A stretch of DNA of 64,000 bases from Trypanosoma brucei (GCA_000002445.1 CH464491.1:1504001-1568000), one strand, 5' to 3'; positions 9,702-20,537 are shown, numbered from the stretch's first letter. The notes: a model not told the origin generated them from the sequence alone. Numbers and translations: made by a program.

Positions 9702-11654
9702 ATGATCGAAAATGTTACCGCAGTGTGCTGTGAGCAGACGGTTTCCGCGTCCGACAAAGTAGAGGATATGATTCCTTCCAGTGGTGCTGCAGCAGACACA
9801 GACACTTGTAGCGTGTCGAATAGTGCATTGGGTGGCGACAACGAGAACCGAGCTAAGGAAACCGTTCATTTCCCCCGGACACCCGTTCGTGTGGTAACCC
9901 CTCTGCAGAGAAGATCCCCACTGGGGCATTTAACTCCACCTGCCACCCCGCTATGTCGTACACCACCTTTAGCAGTCCCCTGCACTCCGGACGGCGAAAG
10001 GCTCCCGCCTAATCACAGTAAATCACTATGCCCAAATGACCAAGATGAGCGTTTTCAAACACCCACAGTGAAAACGCCGATGCTCGCGGCAGATCAAGAG
10101 AGCCCAGTAAAGCATCGCCATCAGAGGCGCAAGTTCCTCGATAACTATTTCTTCTTGAAAAACCTTAACGCACTACCGCTGACGCCTGAGCGCAAAAAGG
10201 AGCGGGACGCCGGGCCTTTTTGCAGACGAGCGCTACAATTTCCCTCCCCCAACACCTCAATGCACTCCGTTGGAATGGATGCCATCTCTTCTCCGCTACC
10301 ACCACTATCACCGTCGACGCCAGTAACCCGACCCCCTCAACCATCTGCAGAAGGCAGTGATGTAACGGAGGTTCAAACAGCTGGTAGACGGTTTGTACGC
10401 TCATTCACCACACAGTCCGCTGAGCAAAGTTACACTAAATCAGGCGATATATTATCCGTGCCTGAGGGGGAACGGTGTGAGAGTGTACAGGCATCTGTGA
10501 AAGAGATTTGCCCCGCGGCAGATGCTTCTTCACGTGCAAGCAGTTCGCTGGGTGAACAAAACGACAGGGGTCGTTCGCCGTCGCCCATTGCAGTGGATGA
10601 GGAAGGTGAGGTCACTCGCCCACCGCATGAAGTGGCAAGGACGGTGACACCCTGCCCCCTAAGGTCAAGTGAAGTGGGCGGAAAGGCAGAGGATTTTCCC
10701 CCTGATGCTCCGATAGATGCACAAGAGCAAGGTGTGCAGCCGTTGGACAATAGCGGCTTCGCACCAATTGGCGTAAACGACGTTTCCCTTCATATCACTT
10801 CAACGGCTTCGTGCCAATCAGGTGAACAATCGACCCTCTGTGAGGGGCATGATTGCCCGGAGTTGGGGGTTTTAAATACAAAATGCGTTACTGTTGGTGC
10901 ACGTACGTCTTTACGAACGGATGGAAGCAAATCAGGAGGAAGAGTAGAAGAGCTCTCCCTAGATCAAAGGAAATTGTTGACGGAGCAACCCACACGTTCG
11001 CGGGGTGGCGCTGTCTTTCCAACAGAAGAATCTTTACGCGGCTTTTCTGATAAACTTTTCGACCAGTACCAAAATAAACTTGCTCATTTGGCCTTTGATG
11101 TTCTTTATACACGGATGGTGGCTTCTCCGAACACCCAAATGTTGGAGAGTCATGGACGGCGACTTATATGCATGCGGCGCGATGCGTGGATCAGGGAGTT
11201 GATTGAGTTGGAAAGGCTTCTCCTTCCTTTAGTAAGGGGCCGATCCCGAAGTCGCGGAGGAAATAAAAACTCCGCCAGAAGTAAAAGCAGTAAACGTGCG
11301 GAAAGTCCGCGCAGCGACGGGAGCTCAAAACGATCACGCAGTGCTCGCTGCTACATTCTCCCGACCGTACACGATGACAAAGGGTACACACGTGATTATT
11401 TGGGTGACGGTCCCAGCTGCAAGGGGTTCAACAAGAATGTCACACAGAGTGTTGTTATTATGGATGCAACAGATGTCGTGGAGGAAGAGGAAAAGCCAAA
11501 AGCACACACCACAGCACCTGATCCAATCCTGTCATCACACCACAAGGTAGTCAGCAGCGGTGGGTGTTTTCCATTTGTTCACCGACTAAGTTCCCGTGGT
11601 GGAAGGCGAAAGGAAAGGCAGTCGCGTGGTGCTACTACAATACCGGCTGAATAG
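9702..11654 (+). CDS. Hypothetical low-complexity protein that is Pro/Ser/Thr-rich with an Arg/Ser (RS-like) C-terminal domain.
   Basis: The first ATG is at 9702 (the track start 9582 is a TTG inside a poly-A/TA-repeat region). It has many SP/TP dipeptides. The RS stretch is RGRSRSRGGNKNSARSKSSKRAESPRSDGSSKRSRSAR, at about 11230-11345. Confidence 0.55.
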   Translation: MIENVTAVCCEQTVSASDKVEDMIPSSGAAADTDTCSVSNSALGGDNENRAKETVHFPRTPVRVVTPLQRRSPLGHLTPPATPLCRTPPLAVPCTPDGERLPPNHSKSLCPNDQDERFQTPTVKTPMLAADQESPVKHRHQRRKFLDNYFFLKNLNALPLTPERKKERDAGPFCRRALQFPSPNTSMHSVGMDAISSPLPPLSPSTPVTRPPQPSAEGSDVTEVQTAGRRFVRSFTTQSAEQSYTKSGDILSVPEGERCESVQASVKEICPAADASSRASSSLGEQNDRGRSPSPIAVDEEGEVTRPPHEVARTVTPCPLRSSEVGGKAEDFPPDAPIDAQEQGVQPLDNSGFAPIGVNDVSLHITSTASCQSGEQSTLCEGHDCPELGVLNTKCVTVGARTSLRTDGSKSGGRVEELSLDQRKLLTEQPTRSRGGAVFPTEESLRGFSDKLFDQYQNKLAHLAFDVLYTRMVASPNTQMLESHGRRLICMRRDAWIRELIELERLLLPLVRGRSRSRGGNKNSARSKSSKRAESPRSDGSSKRSRSARCYILPTVHDDKGYTRDYLGDGPSCKGFNKNVTQSVVIMDATDVVEEEEKPKAHTTAPDPILSSHHKVVSSGGCFPFVHRLSSRGGRRKERQSRGATTIPAE

Positions 11655-13138
11655 CCTCGCAAAACTTCAAACAACCCTATTAAGTTACCTGTTGAGATTG
11701 TTCTTGAGAGTGTCACAACTGCTGTAAGGGTCCATTAACACAACGGCTAAATGGTTCGATGATGTGAGTGAAATATCTTTACCAAGACTGCCATGTATTG
11801 TCCTTTTAATTCTTAAAACGCAAATCTTTCCCCCTCTTCATTCGGACCCCTCAGGCCCGTGTCAACTGCAAGTGTGGCCTCTTCCCTATATTTTGAACAT
11901 GCGTCCATTTTTTTGTGCAAAAAAAAAATCCATCTACTTGGCCGTGTGCGTTGTGTGGTTGAGCCGGCTTCTGTCAGTAGTGGCTGCTCTGTTGTTTTTT
12001 TCGTCAATTTTTTTGTGGCAATATTTTCTGCTTCCGCCGCCACTTTGTTTTCATTTGCTTTGGGGATAAACTATGTTATTTTGTTTTTAGTCCTTTCTAC
12101 CTGCGGTGCTCGTGTGATTGGGGTGGGGGCGGTTGTCGCTGGTGGTGTGAGGTGGAACACGGCTAGAGTTCGCAAGGCGGCTAATGGTTGTAGGTGCCAA
12201 TGTAAGTACAAGTACATTTTTCTTTACTTTTATGTACTTATTTGTGACATGTGGCCACGTGCGTGTTGCAATATGTCGAATAGGGAGAACGTAGTTGAGA
12301 GGGGGGGGGGAAGGTTCATTCGGCGTGTCCGAGGTGACGCTCCCACGCAAAAAGGGTTCATATCTTTTCAACTAACTAGCAGAGGTGTACAGCAACTTTG
12401 TAGTGCTCTGCGGCAAATTTCTTTCTCCTTCGCTGAACAACTTGTGGTTGCAAATCATAGAGAAATTACATTGAGGAATACACATATATTTATATATAGA
12501 TATGATTCCGGCTGCTACAGAATTTTGCCTTTACAGGAAGTAAGGTGGTATCGTCTGCGTCTCTGTTCTTTTATCGTCTTGTGAGGGTTGTTATTTTAAT
12601 ACTTTTTTATTTTCCTTTACTCGAGATACTTGTTGTTTTACTCTTTCTCTCCTCCCGTTTTAGTTGTTTTTCTTTTTCTGTTACTTGTGTGAATGTCGGC
12701 CGTTTTGGTGGACGGGGCCCACTGAGTCAAATTGGTTTCTGGCACAACTTCGTCCTGTCAGGTTATAAATAGGCTTGGATGAACCCGTATAGAGAGTAGG
12801 AGATGATGGAAGGGAGCTGTTATTAAATATTGAAGGAGGCAAAGAACTGACGCATTAACCTATGAAACATATCATTTATAATGAAGAATGGTCCTCTATC
12901 TTTCCTTACACTTACTGTTATGATGTCAATTTTTTGTGTGTCTTTTTTAAAAAAAAAAAGAAAATTTTCTTACTATAAACGGCTGCCACTAGAGTAGCAT
13001 TCATAAATGAAAGCTACTACGGGATGTCTGCAACTGTTGTTTTATTTTCAACTGTCTTTTTTATCTACCTGTACATTCGTACCTTCACCTTTTTATCCGA
13101 AGCGCCCTTGTGTGGTGTAGGGGTAGTTTCACAGATTG

Positions 13139-14131
13139 ATGACCCAAGCTGTAGAAATGGCGCAATGCGATCGCGTCGTTATATTTTTAGACGTCGACGG
13201 CGTACTTTTGCCTGTACCACGTTTCACCTTTGGTGGAGGTGATCTCTCTCCTCAATGTGTTGGATACCTGCTGAAGATTGTTGACGCTTGTGGTACGGCA
13301 GAGAAAGTCACCATTATTCTTTCGTCCACGTGGCGCAACTTCCCTGCGCAGGTGCAGCGACTGAATAATTTCTTCGCTAAAACAGTAGGTGACGCCGTTC
13401 CACCAATTGCTGGTGGAACTCCAAACGGCACACCGAAGGTGACAGTGGTGTCGTATTATGCCGATGACCCAAGCGAACAACGTCTCGTCCGTGATCGTGT
13501 TGATGAGATAAAACGGTGGATAAACACGAACATGCGTGAACACCCTGAAGCCGTAGGCGGGCGCTGGTTCGCCATTGATGATATGCAGTTGGATGTGGAT
13601 GAACGTATGCGAGGTCATTTCCTGAAGACAACAACTGAAATCGGCTTGGTGGAAGATGATATCGAAAGAGCAAGGGAAATTATTGCTGCTTTTCCTCCAC
13701 CTGAAGAGGCAGCTCGTAATGCAGCAGCGGCCCTCGTTGATCCCGCTCTTAAGGATGAGGAAATCGATATATTAGAAACGCGTTGTCGAAATCTCTCAGA
13801 GACCGCGGAACAACTGAAGAACGACTTGGCAGAAGCACACGAAGAGATACGCCGCCTTCAAGGAGAGCGCACTGTGAGGGAGAGGGATATGAAGGAGTTG
13901 ACAAGACGTTTTGAAGATGTCAGTTATCGCTTAGCCCAGTATGATTTTTCGAAGAAAAACGCTGTGCTTCGCTCAGCAATAGAAGCTCTTGCGTCAAAAA
14001 CAGGCAAGGAGCGTCGGGAGTTGGAGGACCGCATAAAAACACTGGTGAATCTTCTGCGCCATAAAAAGGAGTTGGAGAAGATGGCGGCAAAAAATAGGAA
14101 GAAAGAGGGTCAAGCACAAGTAAAGAATTGA
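13139..14131 (+). CDS. Hypothetical protein with an N-terminal HAD-like phosphatase motif and a C-terminal coiled coil.
   Basis: ATG at 13139 (13136 is a TTG). VVIFLDVDGVLLPV resembles HAD motif I (DxDG). ILSSTWR could be motif II. The C-terminal 120 aa are heptad-rich with many charged residues (EELKNDLAEAHEEIRRLQGERTVRERDMKELTRRFEDV). Confidence 0.55.
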   Translation: MTQAVEMAQCDRVVIFLDVDGVLLPVPRFTFGGGDLSPQCVGYLLKIVDACGTAEKVTIILSSTWRNFPAQVQRLNNFFAKTVGDAVPPIAGGTPNGTPKVTVVSYYADDPSEQRLVRDRVDEIKRWINTNMREHPEAVGGRWFAIDDMQLDVDERMRGHFLKTTTEIGLVEDDIERAREIIAAFPPPEEAARNAAAALVDPALKDEEIDILETRCRNLSETAEQLKNDLAEAHEEIRRLQGERTVRERDMKELTRRFEDVSYRLAQYDFSKKNAVLRSAIEALASKTGKERRELEDRIKTLVNLLRHKKELEKMAAKNRKKEGQAQVKN

Positions 14132-14815
14132 TGGGAATCGAGTCACATGTGTTCCCAGTCTGTGTCGTTCTAGCTCACAGGGGTTTGAGGTTGTTAATTG
14201 AAAAATATTGTGATGCCATTTATCTGTTGTTCAAAAAAAAATTAATTGACTATTCAAATGGAGTGATGTCGCGAGCTTTTACGCGGTCAAACTAAACATA
14301 ATATATTGATGCTGTCGGCTTCCAGCTACCGTCCAACTGATTATTCAATTCTTTTCTTTGGTGCGGTAATTACCGATTTTTGGGTCTCCTTTTTTTTTTT
14401 AAATTATTCATTCTTGTGGGCGCTCGTTCGTGTTTACTTACCAATTTCAAAAAAAAAAAAACGAGGCTCATCCGAATGACGTGAGGTGTGAGTAAGCCAA
14501 AAGGGAATGAAGTGGGGGTGACACTGCTTTTGTGCCTTTGTTTTTGGACGGAAAGGAGTTGAGTTGGCTGCATGTTATCGTTCCTTGGCGACGATGTTGC
14601 ACCCGGGAGAAACGTTTTTTTTGTTTGGCTCTGGCGCTGCACATTTTGTTTCATATTCATCCTGATTCCCCAACCTACTAAATCATATTCGACGAATTAA
14701 GCAAGGCATTGTGATGCCACTAGCAATATTCTGGTACTACTCGTTGCCTACTGTTGTGTTAACTGTTCTGTACATGCCATTTGTATTCGGTGTTTACTTC
14801 AGGTACATCAACTTT

Positions 14816-14880
14816 TGTTGCTTGATTTTTATTCCTCATGCACTTTCTTTATTATTTGTCTTTCACACCTTTGATATTTG
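14816..14880 (+). promoter_or_regulatory. Polypyrimidine-rich tract upstream of the RAD54-like gene; a candidate trans-splicing signal.
   Basis: ttgcttgatttttattcctcatgcactttctttattatttgtctttcacacctttgatatttgac seen directly; function inferred. Confidence 0.35.
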
Positions 14881-14926
14881 ACGGTTGTATTCACTGCTGG
14901 TTGGACTTGTTGGAAGGAGCTCCGAT

Positions 14927-17900
14927 ATGCCAGTTTTTCGTAATTCCACTGGTTTTGTCACTCCCTTTCGAATTCCGAGTGCGGTAAGCAGAGAAGACTC
15001 ATCGTCAACCACAACAACACCTCGCTCTTCTACTGTGTTGCAACGACAAAAGCGGGAGGTGGTGTACCCAGATTCCAGAGGCAGTTCAGGCAATGAAGTA
15101 GTTGCAGCGCGTCTAGCTAAACGCGCAAACATTGATTACCATCAACCAATAAAAGAGAACAAAACCTTTCCCAACCATGGAGGGCCCAATACTGAAGTTC
15201 ACGATGATAACGCCAGTGAGAAGACGACAGAAGAAGGCCCAGTTTCGTCGAAGCCGTCTGTTCCTCCGACAAGTGGTGTGCAACAGCAACAACCACAGGA
15301 AACGGCACCTGTTTCTACGGATGCTGCGGGAGCGGATGAAGGAAGTGTTGAGAAAAGTACCGAAATTGTTTCTCTGTATCCGGTAAGTCCCCATGGCTGT
15401 CTTTATTTTCAAGTGGAAACAGAGGCGGCCACCCGTCACGACTCAGTCGGTATTATTGTCATCAACACGGAACTTCTGGGTGTCATGATGTACGACTGTG
15501 CAGGAAGACAATATGGCAACAGACCAGAACCCGGCTACCCTATATCGGAAGAAGATATGAAGAGCGCTAAAGCCGGTGCCAAACTTAAGGTGGGGCAAAA
15601 AAGTGTACTTCTCGTTACTGCGCTATTGGAGGAATCATTCCGAAGCGGTGAGTTCTTCCTTCGGTCTGAGCACCTTTCTCGTAAGAGGGAAGAGGACAAA
15701 AAGGCGAAGGAAGAAGCAGCTGCAGCAGCTGCTCCTCGGCGAGTAGTGCCAAAAATGACATTGGGTGAAACTTTACTAGGGAATATGTTTGCCTCACCCA
15801 TTTTCCGTAAGCGACCGCGTGAGGGTCAAACTGGGTTCGTTGTTCCAATTGCTGGACGTGTGAAACCTGGAACCAGCGGAATTGGTGCTGAGTTGAAGTC
15901 TTTGCACGATCCTGACCGAGAAGGAGCAGTGGTACTTTTTCATGCTCACTACAAACGGGACGTTAATGGCCGTCTGCAAGTTTCGGTTGTTGTGGATCCG
16001 ATTATTGGTGACAAACTTCGACCGCATCAGCGAATCGGGGTGAAGTTTCTTTTCGATTGCATTACGGGTCAGCGGATGCCCGGCTACCACGGTGCCATCT
16101 TAGCAGATGAAATGGGTCTTGGAAAAACCATTCAAACAGTTGCTACCGTTTATACTTGTCTCAAACAAGGGAGGTATGGGGTACCCACAGCACGAAAGTG
16201 TTTGATCGTTACCCCATCTTCCCTAGTGAAGAATTGGTGCAACGAGTTTGACAAATGGTTGGGTGTGGGGGCTGTTAAATATCTCTCTATATCGGAGTCC
16301 ACACCAAAAGGCGATCGCATCATTTCTCGCTTCGATGGCGACGGTGATGTTCTCGTCATTTCGTACGATCAGCTACGCAAATACATCAGTCGCATTTCGA
16401 CGCTGAAGTCGGTTGAGTTAGTTGTCTGCGATGAGGGACACAAACTGAAAAATGCAGAGGTGAAAACAACGAAAGCAGTTGATATGCTCCCTACGCGGAA
16501 CCGCATCATCCTTAGCGGTACACCCATTCAAAACGACTTATCAGAATTTCATGCCATGGTGGGGTTTGTTAACCCCGGTATCTTAGGCACTCGTGATGTC
16601 TTCGGTCGCGTATTTGAGGAACCCGTGACGCTTGGACGGGACCCCGACTGTCCTGAGCATCTCCGGATGTTGGGAGCCGACCGCGCACATTACCTTTCCA
16701 CTTTAACCCAGCGCTTCATTCTTCGGCGCACGCAATCCATTAATGAGTCGTACCTCCCACCGAAGGTTGATCTTACAGTGTTCGTACGACTGGGTGAAAA
16801 GCAGCGCGAGGCGTATGAGAAGATTTCTGCTATCGTGGAGAGCTCGCAGTGTACCCCGCTTGTTCTGATCTCGTCATTGAGGAAACTTTGTAATCACATG
16901 GATCTCTTCCACGAGGCGGTGGTTAGCTCCAATGGGGATCAGAAGGGTAAGGGTGGTGGAATTCCCAAATCGGTGCTTCCGAAAGGCTACAAGGTTGGGA
17001 CTCTTTCCCAAGAGGTGGGCAGCAAGATGCAGTTTGTTTCCCTCATGCTAGACGAGTTATGCAGTAATGGGGATCACGACAAACTAGTGATCGTTTCGAA
17101 CTTCACTCAAACACTGGACGTCATTGCTGCCATGTGTAAAACCAAAAAGATTAGTTTCTTTCAGCTCGACGGTAGTATGCCCATCAAAAGGCGGCAGGAG
17201 GTGGTTGATCGGTTCAATGTCCCCAATTCTCAAGAGATTGTTTTCTTGCTTTCTTCCAAGGCTGGTGGAGTAGGCCTCAATCTTATTGGAGCGAATCGGC
17301 TAATTCTATTTGATCCTGACTGGAACCCTGCTAACGATGCACAAGCTATGGGTAGAGTGTGGCGTGATGGACAGAAGAAGCGTGTCTTCATATATCGTCT
17401 TTTAAGTACCGGTTCAATTGAGGAGAAGATTTACCAGCGACAGGTCAGTAAGCAAGGCCTCTCTGCAAACGTTGTTGATATGCAAACAGACTCAAAGCAA
17501 CACTTTACACTGGAAGAACTTCGGTCACTTTTTCGTTTTCGGAGTGACACCGACTCAGAAACACACGATCTTCTGCATTGCACGAGTTGTGAAGCGGTTA
17601 TGAATTCAGGGGGTGGCAGGGCCTCTGGAAGAGCAAGATTAAAAGAGCAGGAAGCACCAATGAAGTTCCGCCCTGTAACTGTGAAAAAGAGCGGACCCCG
17701 TATGGACGAACTAAAAGGGTGGAGGCATTTCTCTCAGTGTGCAACTTTCCCCTTGGACAAAGTTATACGTGCCATAGCCACGGCAGCACCGGGCATCTGC
17801 AGTTTCATCTTTGCTGATGAGCGTGACAACACCGCGACGACCGCATCGAAAGATGGCAAGGGAGGTAAGAGTGGTGGTGCCAAGGTTGAACCCGTGATGA

Positions 17901-18040
17901 AAGTGGAGCGGGCTTTTGCTGAAGACGAGGAAGCAATTATATGCATGAGCCAAACAGAGGAGATGGTAAGAGAGTCTCAACTTGAGATTGAGATCCATGA
18001 GGATGATGATGATGATGATTATCCCTCTGGTGACGATTAG
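14927..18040 (+). CDS. RAD54: SNF2-family DNA-dependent ATPase of the RAD54 type.
   Basis: It has LRPHQRIGVKFLFDC, ADEMGLGKTIQ (Walker A), DEGHKLKN (DExH), LSGTPIQNDLSEF, and helicase-C motifs LLSSKAGGVGLNLIGANRLILFDPDWNPANDAQAMGRVWRDGQKK. The first ATG is at 14927 (14885 is a TTG). It ends in an acidic DDDDDD tail. Confidence 0.9.
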   Translation: MPVFRNSTGFVTPFRIPSAVSREDSSSTTTTPRSSTVLQRQKREVVYPDSRGSSGNEVVAARLAKRANIDYHQPIKENKTFPNHGGPNTEVHDDNASEKTTEEGPVSSKPSVPPTSGVQQQQPQETAPVSTDAAGADEGSVEKSTEIVSLYPVSPHGCLYFQVETEAATRHDSVGIIVINTELLGVMMYDCAGRQYGNRPEPGYPISEEDMKSAKAGAKLKVGQKSVLLVTALLEESFRSGEFFLRSEHLSRKREEDKKAKEEAAAAAAPRRVVPKMTLGETLLGNMFASPIFRKRPREGQTGFVVPIAGRVKPGTSGIGAELKSLHDPDREGAVVLFHAHYKRDVNGRLQVSVVVDPIIGDKLRPHQRIGVKFLFDCITGQRMPGYHGAILADEMGLGKTIQTVATVYTCLKQGRYGVPTARKCLIVTPSSLVKNWCNEFDKWLGVGAVKYLSISESTPKGDRIISRFDGDGDVLVISYDQLRKYISRISTLKSVELVVCDEGHKLKNAEVKTTKAVDMLPTRNRIILSGTPIQNDLSEFHAMVGFVNPGILGTRDVFGRVFEEPVTLGRDPDCPEHLRMLGADRAHYLSTLTQRFILRRTQSINESYLPPKVDLTVFVRLGEKQREAYEKISAIVESSQCTPLVLISSLRKLCNHMDLFHEAVVSSNGDQKGKGGGIPKSVLPKGYKVGTLSQEVGSKMQFVSLMLDELCSNGDHDKLVIVSNFTQTLDVIAAMCKTKKISFFQLDGSMPIKRRQEVVDRFNVPNSQEIVFLLSSKAGGVGLNLIGANRLILFDPDWNPANDAQAMGRVWRDGQKKRVFIYRLLSTGSIEEKIYQRQVSKQGLSANVVDMQTDSKQHFTLEELRSLFRFRSDTDSETHDLLHCTSCEAVMNSGGGRASGRARLKEQEAPMKFRPVTVKKSGPRMDELKGWRHFSQCATFPLDKVIRAIATAAPGICSFIFADERDNTATTASKDGKGGKSGGAKVEPVMKVERAFAEDEEAIICMSQTEEMVRESQLEIEIHEDDDDDDYPSGDD
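18003..18020 (+). repeat. (GAT)6 trinucleotide repeat inside a CDS, encoding the poly-Asp tail of the RAD54-like protein.
   Basis: gatgatgatgatgatgat, translated as DDDDDD. Confidence 0.9.
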
Positions 18041-18379
18041 TATCAGTTAGTGAAATATTTGTCGTTAGGTTACTTCTGGGTCAACTCATACGTGCGCCCA
18101 GTTGCTCCACTGCTAAGTTTTCACAAGGGGTGCTATTGCGTACGTGCGTCACCGACACACGTGCTCTATATTAGTACGCAGGGTGAAGAAACTGGGGAAA
18201 TAAAGGCGTTATGCCAATGCGCCCGGGGGAATCATCGTATTGCATTACCTTGTTGTGTTTCATTTGCTTTCTTTTTATCTGCGTCAAATCCCCAAAAGCA
18301 AGAGGATGGGGATGCCGCACAAAACTTTATTTGCCAAGTCATAACTTTAGTCTTTCCATAGTTCTCACGCGCACATTCA

Positions 18380-18412
18380 CATTTGTTTGTCCCCTCCTCT
18401 CGTTCCAATGCC
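18380..18412 (+). promoter_or_regulatory. Polypyrimidine tract upstream of the first malic enzyme; a candidate trans-splicing signal.
   Basis: atttgtttgtcccctcctctcgttccaatgccag seen directly; function inferred. Confidence 0.35.
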
Positions 18413-18666
18413 AGACTTACTGCCTAGGTGCTGTGGGGAGGCAGTACATACGAGGTTCAACTCTTTCTAATTATGTTTCCGCACATCTACTAACCTACCC
18501 CTCTCCAAAAGAAGAAAAAAGACTAATACGTCATTTTAGATTTTAATCTTTTGTACCTTGGGCACCAGAGGAACACGGACAGTGTAAAAGAAGGTGAATA
18601 ATCATTTATATCTATATCACCACGCAAGCGATACGTATTCGTCTGTACACAGATTTAGCTACTGAC

Positions 18667-20361
18667 ATGACGCATCAATCAACTGATGTGTCCGGGCCGT
18701 GTGGCGCTGCCGTTCTAACAAATCGTTATCTCAACAGAGGAACCGCCTTTACCATTGAAGAGCGCAAACAGTTGCATATTCTCGGGCAGCTTCCTACAGT
18801 TGTTGAAACCCTGGAGCAGCAGGTGAAGCGTGCGTACAATCAGATGAAGAGCTGTGGCAAGCCCATCGATCAGTACCAACAGCTTGCTGCACTTCACGCT
18901 ACAAATACAACCCTTTATTACGCGACCATCTTTGCGCACCTTGAGGAAACACTTCCCATTATTTACACACCTACAGTGGGAGAGGCTTGCCAACGGTACA
19001 GCAGCCTTTTGTTTCGTGAGCGCGGGCTGTACTTATGCCGCACGTACAAGGGTATGTTCCGTACCATCATGCGCGATTCAGGGTACGAGAATCCGAAAGT
19101 TGTTGTAATAACTGATGGTTCTCGCATCTTGGGTCTTGGTGACCTCGGAGCAAACGGTGTGGGCATCAGCATTGGCAAATGTTCACTATATGTTGCCGGC
19201 GCCGGAATCAATCCAAAGAATGTTGTCCCCGTTGTACTTGACGCAGGGACAGATAATGCGGCTATGTTGAGTGACGATAATTATATCGGTGTGCGCCAAA
19301 AACGCCCCTCTGACGAGGATTTCTACGCTTTGTTGGATGAGTTCATGGAGGCTGCGAGTGAAGCATGGCCGGAAGCCGTTATACAATTTGAGGACTTCAG
19401 CAACAACCATTGTTTTGACATGCTTGAGCGGTACCAAAACAAGTATCGATGCTTCAATGATGATATTCAGGGAACTGGTGCTGTAATTGCTGCAGGCTTC
19501 CTAAATGCTGTGAAGCTTTCAAAGGTGGATCCCCTTGACCATCGTATTGTTGTGTTTGGCGCTGGTTCCGCTGCTATTGGTGTGGTGGACAATATTGCGG
19601 AGCTCACTGCACAACTGTACAACCTCAAGTCCGATGATGTGAAGAAGACATTTTATCTCGTTGACACAAAGGGTCTCGTTACCACTACGCGTGGCGACAA
19701 GTTGGCCTCCCATAAAGTGTCACTGGCTCGTACCGATGTCTCTGCAGAAGATTCAGCGAAATTGAAGACGTTGGAAGACGTTGTAAATTTTGTGAAACCG
19801 ACAACGCTCCTCGGACTTGGCGGCGTGGGCCCGGTATTCACGGAGAGCATGGTGAAGGGTATTCTAAACAACACGAAACGGCCAATTATATTTCCACTTT
19901 CCAACCCCACCAGCAAATCTGAGATCACCGCAGACAACGCCTTCAAGTGGACCGATGGTAAGGCAATTGTTGCCTCAGGAAGTCCCTTCCCGCCCACAAC
20001 TCTGAACGGCAAGACATACAAGGCATCCCAAGGTAACAATTTGTATGTTTTCCCCGGTATTGGACTTGGTTGTGCCATCGCGAAACCGGCGTATATTCCC
20101 AATGATTTACTTATTGCCGCTTCTCGCTGCCTTAACGGCCTTGTTTCAAAGGTGGGGCTTGAAGATGGATCTCTGTACCCTCCTCTGAGTGATATCCACA
20201 ACATTTCTGCCAACATTGCTACCGATGTCATTATGGAAGCACAGCGCTTGAAGATTGACAACAACTCTTCGTTGCCCCGCACACGAGCGGAGTTGATGGA
20301 TTATGTGAAGCATGCCATGTGGAAGCCGGAGTATCCAACAGGCATTCTCCCTGACGAGTAA
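18667..20361 (+). CDS. Malic enzyme (NADP-dependent malate dehydrogenase, decarboxylating) without an N-terminal presequence; cytosolic type.
   Basis: Full-length malic-enzyme homology with IYTPTVG, ITDGSRILGLGDLG, FEDF and FNDDIQGTGAV. The dinucleotide-binding motif is GAGSAAIG. ATG at 18667. Confidence 0.95.
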   Translation: MTHQSTDVSGPCGAAVLTNRYLNRGTAFTIEERKQLHILGQLPTVVETLEQQVKRAYNQMKSCGKPIDQYQQLAALHATNTTLYYATIFAHLEETLPIIYTPTVGEACQRYSSLLFRERGLYLCRTYKGMFRTIMRDSGYENPKVVVITDGSRILGLGDLGANGVGISIGKCSLYVAGAGINPKNVVPVVLDAGTDNAAMLSDDNYIGVRQKRPSDEDFYALLDEFMEAASEAWPEAVIQFEDFSNNHCFDMLERYQNKYRCFNDDIQGTGAVIAAGFLNAVKLSKVDPLDHRIVVFGAGSAAIGVVDNIAELTAQLYNLKSDDVKKTFYLVDTKGLVTTTRGDKLASHKVSLARTDVSAEDSAKLKTLEDVVNFVKPTTLLGLGGVGPVFTESMVKGILNNTKRPIIFPLSNPTSKSEITADNAFKWTDGKAIVASGSPFPPTTLNGKTYKASQGNNLYVFPGIGLGCAIAKPAYIPNDLLIAASRCLNGLVSKVGLEDGSLYPPLSDIHNISANIATDVIMEAQRLKIDNNSSLPRTRAELMDYVKHAMWKPEYPTGILPDE

Positions 20362-20503
20362 TGTAAGGGACGTGAAGGGAGCGATTGACACTCCGTGCTT
20401 ACACCAATATCGGTGAGCGAAGCATCCCTTTTACGAAGAAATTTCAGGTGAACACCCTTTTATATACTAAAAACGTGTGTCTTGTATATCTTCTACAGAC
20501 AAA

Positions 20504-20505
<2 letters not shown>

Positions 20506-20537
<32 letters not shown>
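20506..20537. repeat. (AT)n microsatellite of about 16 units in the 3' flank of the first malic enzyme.
   Basis: atatatatatatatatatatatatatatatat seen directly. Confidence 0.95.

Noticed and set aside
11859-12584. A 241-aa ORF in the long spacer after the RS-domain protein, with an overlapping 101-aa ORF at 11764..12069.
   Set aside because: It opens with a GTG, not an ATG. Its translation is dominated by poly-T/poly-G derived F/V/G runs. It looks like untranslated intergenic sequence.
19653-20282. A long antisense ORF of 209 aa within the first malic enzyme, and a similar one of 263 aa at 23013..23804 within the second.
   Set aside because: They are mirror images of highly expressed sense genes with strong third-position GC bias. 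They appear in both paralogues at equivalent positions because of the shared sequence. They lack a start context and recognisable domains. I judge them to be codon-bias artefacts.
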